Source of the DNA: Octopus bimaculoides
Lineage: Eukaryota
NCBI RefSeq assembly: GCF_001194135.2
Contig: NC_068982.1
Location: 71,465,330 to 71,529,329, forward strand
Direction: 5' to 3'
Length of the DNA stretch: 64,000 bases
This document shows, in pieces, positions 60,956 to 64,000 of this stretch. The first letter of the stretch is position 1, and each line of letters starts with the position of its first letter. Below the pieces are notes generated by a model. That model searched no databases and was not told the origin of the DNA. It was given only the letters and a program-made list of their open reading frames with translations. The translations under genes and the position numbers were made by a program.

Positions 60956-61586
60956 ACATAAAAATCTATCTTTCTGACCCCCTTTGAGGAAAGGAGACCT
61001 TTCTCTCTACTATGCCACCTTGCGTCATAATCACCACCACTGCATGATCCTTGATTATTTNNNNNNNNNNCCCCAGCTGTATGTGTTTTTCCTGCAGATG
61101 TTCAAGTTTGGTGTTGACTAATCCAAAACACAATGTCATCATTCCTTTCATGTCCATACACTTACATACACACCACATCACCATTTCACCTGGATCAGAT
61201 GGAATTTGTTGAGGCAGGTGTTCTACAGCCAGATGCCCTTTCCATCGTCAATCCTTACCTGTTTCCAAGTAAGGTAATATTTTCTCCATGGCCAGGCATG
61301 CTTTTTACGGAAGACTGGAAACAAACAACATTTATATGATGGTGATGTTAATTTACAACTTCAGACGTATAGCACTCATACATGTTTGACAGGTTGCTTT
61401 GTTCTTCTGTCCACCAAATCCATTAAAGAGTTTTGGTTACACTACAACTATAGCAGGAGACACTTGCTCAAGGTACCCATGCAGTGAAACTGAACCTAAG
61501 ACTGCATGGTTGGGATGCAAACTTTTTAACTACATGGCCAATAATGTGTTGTATTTAATGTGTGTGTGTGTGTGTATATGTATGTA

Positions 61587-61634
<48 letters not shown>

Positions 61635-61639
61635 ATTAG

Positions 61640-61900
61640 CACTCTGTCGGTTATGGTGATGGCAGTTCTAAGTTGATCTGGTCATCCAAAATGTTAGCTC
61701 GTAAAATTAATGCACGAGTGGCCAAGCACTCTACAGACACGTGTAACCCTTAATGTGGTGCTTAATGTGATTCAGTGTGACACAGAATGTGACAAGGCTG
61801 GCCCTTTGGATTACAAGTACAAATCATTTTTGCCAGCTGAGTGGATTGGAGTAAGGTGAAAATAGTGTCTTGCTCAAGAACATAACACACTACCAAGAAT
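61640..61900 (-). mobile_element. Old SINE E-related copy
   Basis: Reverse complement shares gccagccttgtcacattctgtgtcacactgaatcac ... ttaagggttacacgtgtctgtagagtgcttggccac with the family E body. Confidence 0.75.
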
Positions 61901-62179
61901 TACTCATAACTTTATGGCTATGAATCAAATATCCTAACCGTGCACATATTCACACACACCGCTTAGGAAGTTAAGGGCAGTGCCTATTGCCCTTTATTTT
62001 CCTACCAGTCTTTGAGGTGAGTAGGAAGGAAGGAAGGGAGTTGTCTTTAAACCAACCAAAACCAAAGACCTGGTCTGAATATTTGCAGTGGAATGAACTC
62101 TCTACTAAGGGGACCCAAGGATTGGATGGTGGTATTAAAGTAGATGATGGTATTAAGTCTACCGTCCAAGAACTCAGAA

Positions 62180-62385
62180 AGCAAAGAGCTGCAATAAATA
62201 CCACAAGGTGTTTCTACCATTCCACCAATTTGATGACCCATTTTATTCCCCCCCCCCCAAAAAAAAAAAGATGAAAGGCAAAATTGATCTTGGTTGGATT
62301 GGAACTCGGAATGCAGAAATCTAAGGCAAATACTGCTGCTAGGCATTCCGTCCTGTGTTCTAGTGACTCTGCCAATTCGCTGTTA
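62180..62385 (-). mobile_element. SINE family B copy
   Basis: gatgaaaggcaaaattgatcttggttggattggaactcggaatg ... tagtgactctgccaattcgctg. Confidence 0.75.
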
Positions 62386-63345
62386 ACTTTGTGTCTGAAA
62401 CAAAGGCAAAAGCGATCATAGTGAGAAAGCCTTTGATCACACATTTGCTTGATAATGATGAGCCTGGGGCTAAAGAGCAACAAGGAAAGGAAGAAAATGT
62501 AGTTCTAAATACAGTGTGAAGAAAAAGGGAAAGATGGATGATCATGGCTGGAATGCGTTTGATCTTGTGACTTACTTTAATAGGGGCTGAACTGGCACTA
62601 AACAACACAAAAGGTTGTGAGTGGTGGTGGCATCAGTGGGTTGCAGTCTTACATTGAAAAGAGATGTTGAAAAAACCTAGCATTCATTGATTGATTTTTC
62701 ACACTGGGAGCAGCAGCAGGGTGGGGGAGAGCACACTTCCATCAGTTTCCTTTCACTGTGCCACTGCCATTACCAGCACACCGTTGCTCCTTTTCATGTT
62801 GACATAATAATCCCTACCTGTAAAGCTACCAAACCTGAACCCTAGTTCTTACCTTTTCACCATTTAAAGCCGCTGACCCTTCTGTATACTTATAAAAACA
62901 ACAACAACAACAAAGAAAAGCAAATAAACTTGTTTGTTTGTTTGTGTGTGTGTGTGTGTGTGAATAGTCTTATATAGGACTGACCAGCCAACTTTCACCT
63001 TGGGATTACTGCCTTTCTATAGCGCTTCTTTCACTGGCAAGGTATATTCAGAATACTCTTTCACACACACCTCTTCTACATTACCACTTTTTTCATTCCC
63101 ACTTTCTGTCTCTCTCTAAATATATATATAATCTTTCTCTGTTTTTCATCCTTTCATTCTTGTTTCCCCTCTTCTAATCCACTCTCTCCTTCTTGTTCTC
63201 TTTGTTTGCTTTTAGCTCACCTGAGCTTTTTTTTTTTTTTTTTTCATTCCCCCCATTCCTCATTCCCGTTGCTCTCAATGTCTTACATTTTTTCCCTTTT
63301 TCTCTCAAAACCTTTTCTTGCTACTTCCTTTCTGCATTGTCCTCC

Positions 63346-63347
63346 TT

Positions 63348-63380
<33 letters not shown>

Positions 63381-63411
63381 TTTTCTCTCTCTCTCTTTCT
63401 CTCTCTCTCTT

Positions 63412-63442
<31 letters not shown>

Positions 63443-63443
63443 T

Positions 63444-63532
<89 letters not shown>
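63346..63532. repeat. (CT)n microsatellite with periodic ttt interruptions
   Basis: Direct reading; source of the SLSL/ERER ORFs. Confidence 0.97.
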
Positions 63533-63537
<5 letters not shown>

Positions 63538-64000
63538 CCTTTCTTTCTCTTTCACCATGGATCAATATACATGGTAGTTCTTTCTCTCAAATACCTTTTC
63601 TACTTCCTATGTTTGTGCTTGAGTTAGGATAAAATGTGAAAATAAAAGAAACTTGATCTGCTTCCCTCCCCACTCTATTTACACACTTGATGTTTCACCT
63701 CCACCTCACCCCTACCAACGCCTTGCCATTCCTATATCTTTTCACTTGATGAAGGCTTCTATAGACACTCACTACACCATTCAGTGCACTAACCAAATGT
63801 AAACGCATACACCCCACATGCTTTAGAACCATTAAGTCTTGGTGCGACCAAGTGCACTGTCTGTCAAGTGTTTCCTCCCCACCACCTTATTGCAAGTATT
63901 TCCACTTCATACCTTGTTGTGTTTGTTTTCCTACTCACCCTTCTAGTACCTGATTCCCTTTTAATCCCTTTTGGTTAGCAAGCAACATTTAGCCGAAGCT

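Noticed and set aside
893-61070. Twelve runs of N
   Set aside because: Assembly gaps, not biology; they limit interpretation of the RTE at 892, the 32.9-33.4 kb interval and the minisatellite.
63193-63632. SL-rich and ER-rich ORFs
   Set aside because: Translations of the (CT)n microsatellite.
63740-63775. ttgatgaagg motif resembling a Penelope-associated hammerhead core
   Set aside because: The first base deviates from CUGA and no downstream stem-GAAA is visible; cannot be supported.

Overview
This is AT-rich, repeat-dense animal genomic DNA from a gapped, apparently short-read assembly; many of the 12 N-gaps abut (TA)n/(CT)n tracts or a minisatellite. The SINE/MITE repertoire matches what I recall from Octopus (cephalopod) genomes, which is an inference, not a database hit. 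There is no CRISPR array, rRNA, real tRNA or intact long ORF: almost all long ORFs in the track are microsatellite or N-gap artefacts. Supportable content is (1) dozens of copies of about five SINE families, some in head-to-tail arrays; (2) three decayed RTE-type LINE fragments, a Penelope-like RT+GIY-YIG remnant, an Ingi/Vingi-like RT remnant and a possible decayed Mutator-like transposase; (3) piggyBac-like TTAA MITEs, two of them carrying nested SINEs; (4) a ~2 kb compound CpG-rich minisatellite; and (5) a ~13 kb SINE-poor, CpG-retaining domain (32-45 kb) that looks like a promoter/regulatory region with candidate first exons. No host protein could be named; only low-confidence candidate exons were found. 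The most unusual signal is a recurring set of local fold-back structures: a 30-bp perfect palindrome, a 218-bp 98%-identical inverted duplication, a ~155-bp-arm fold-back and a 22-bp-stem hairpin.
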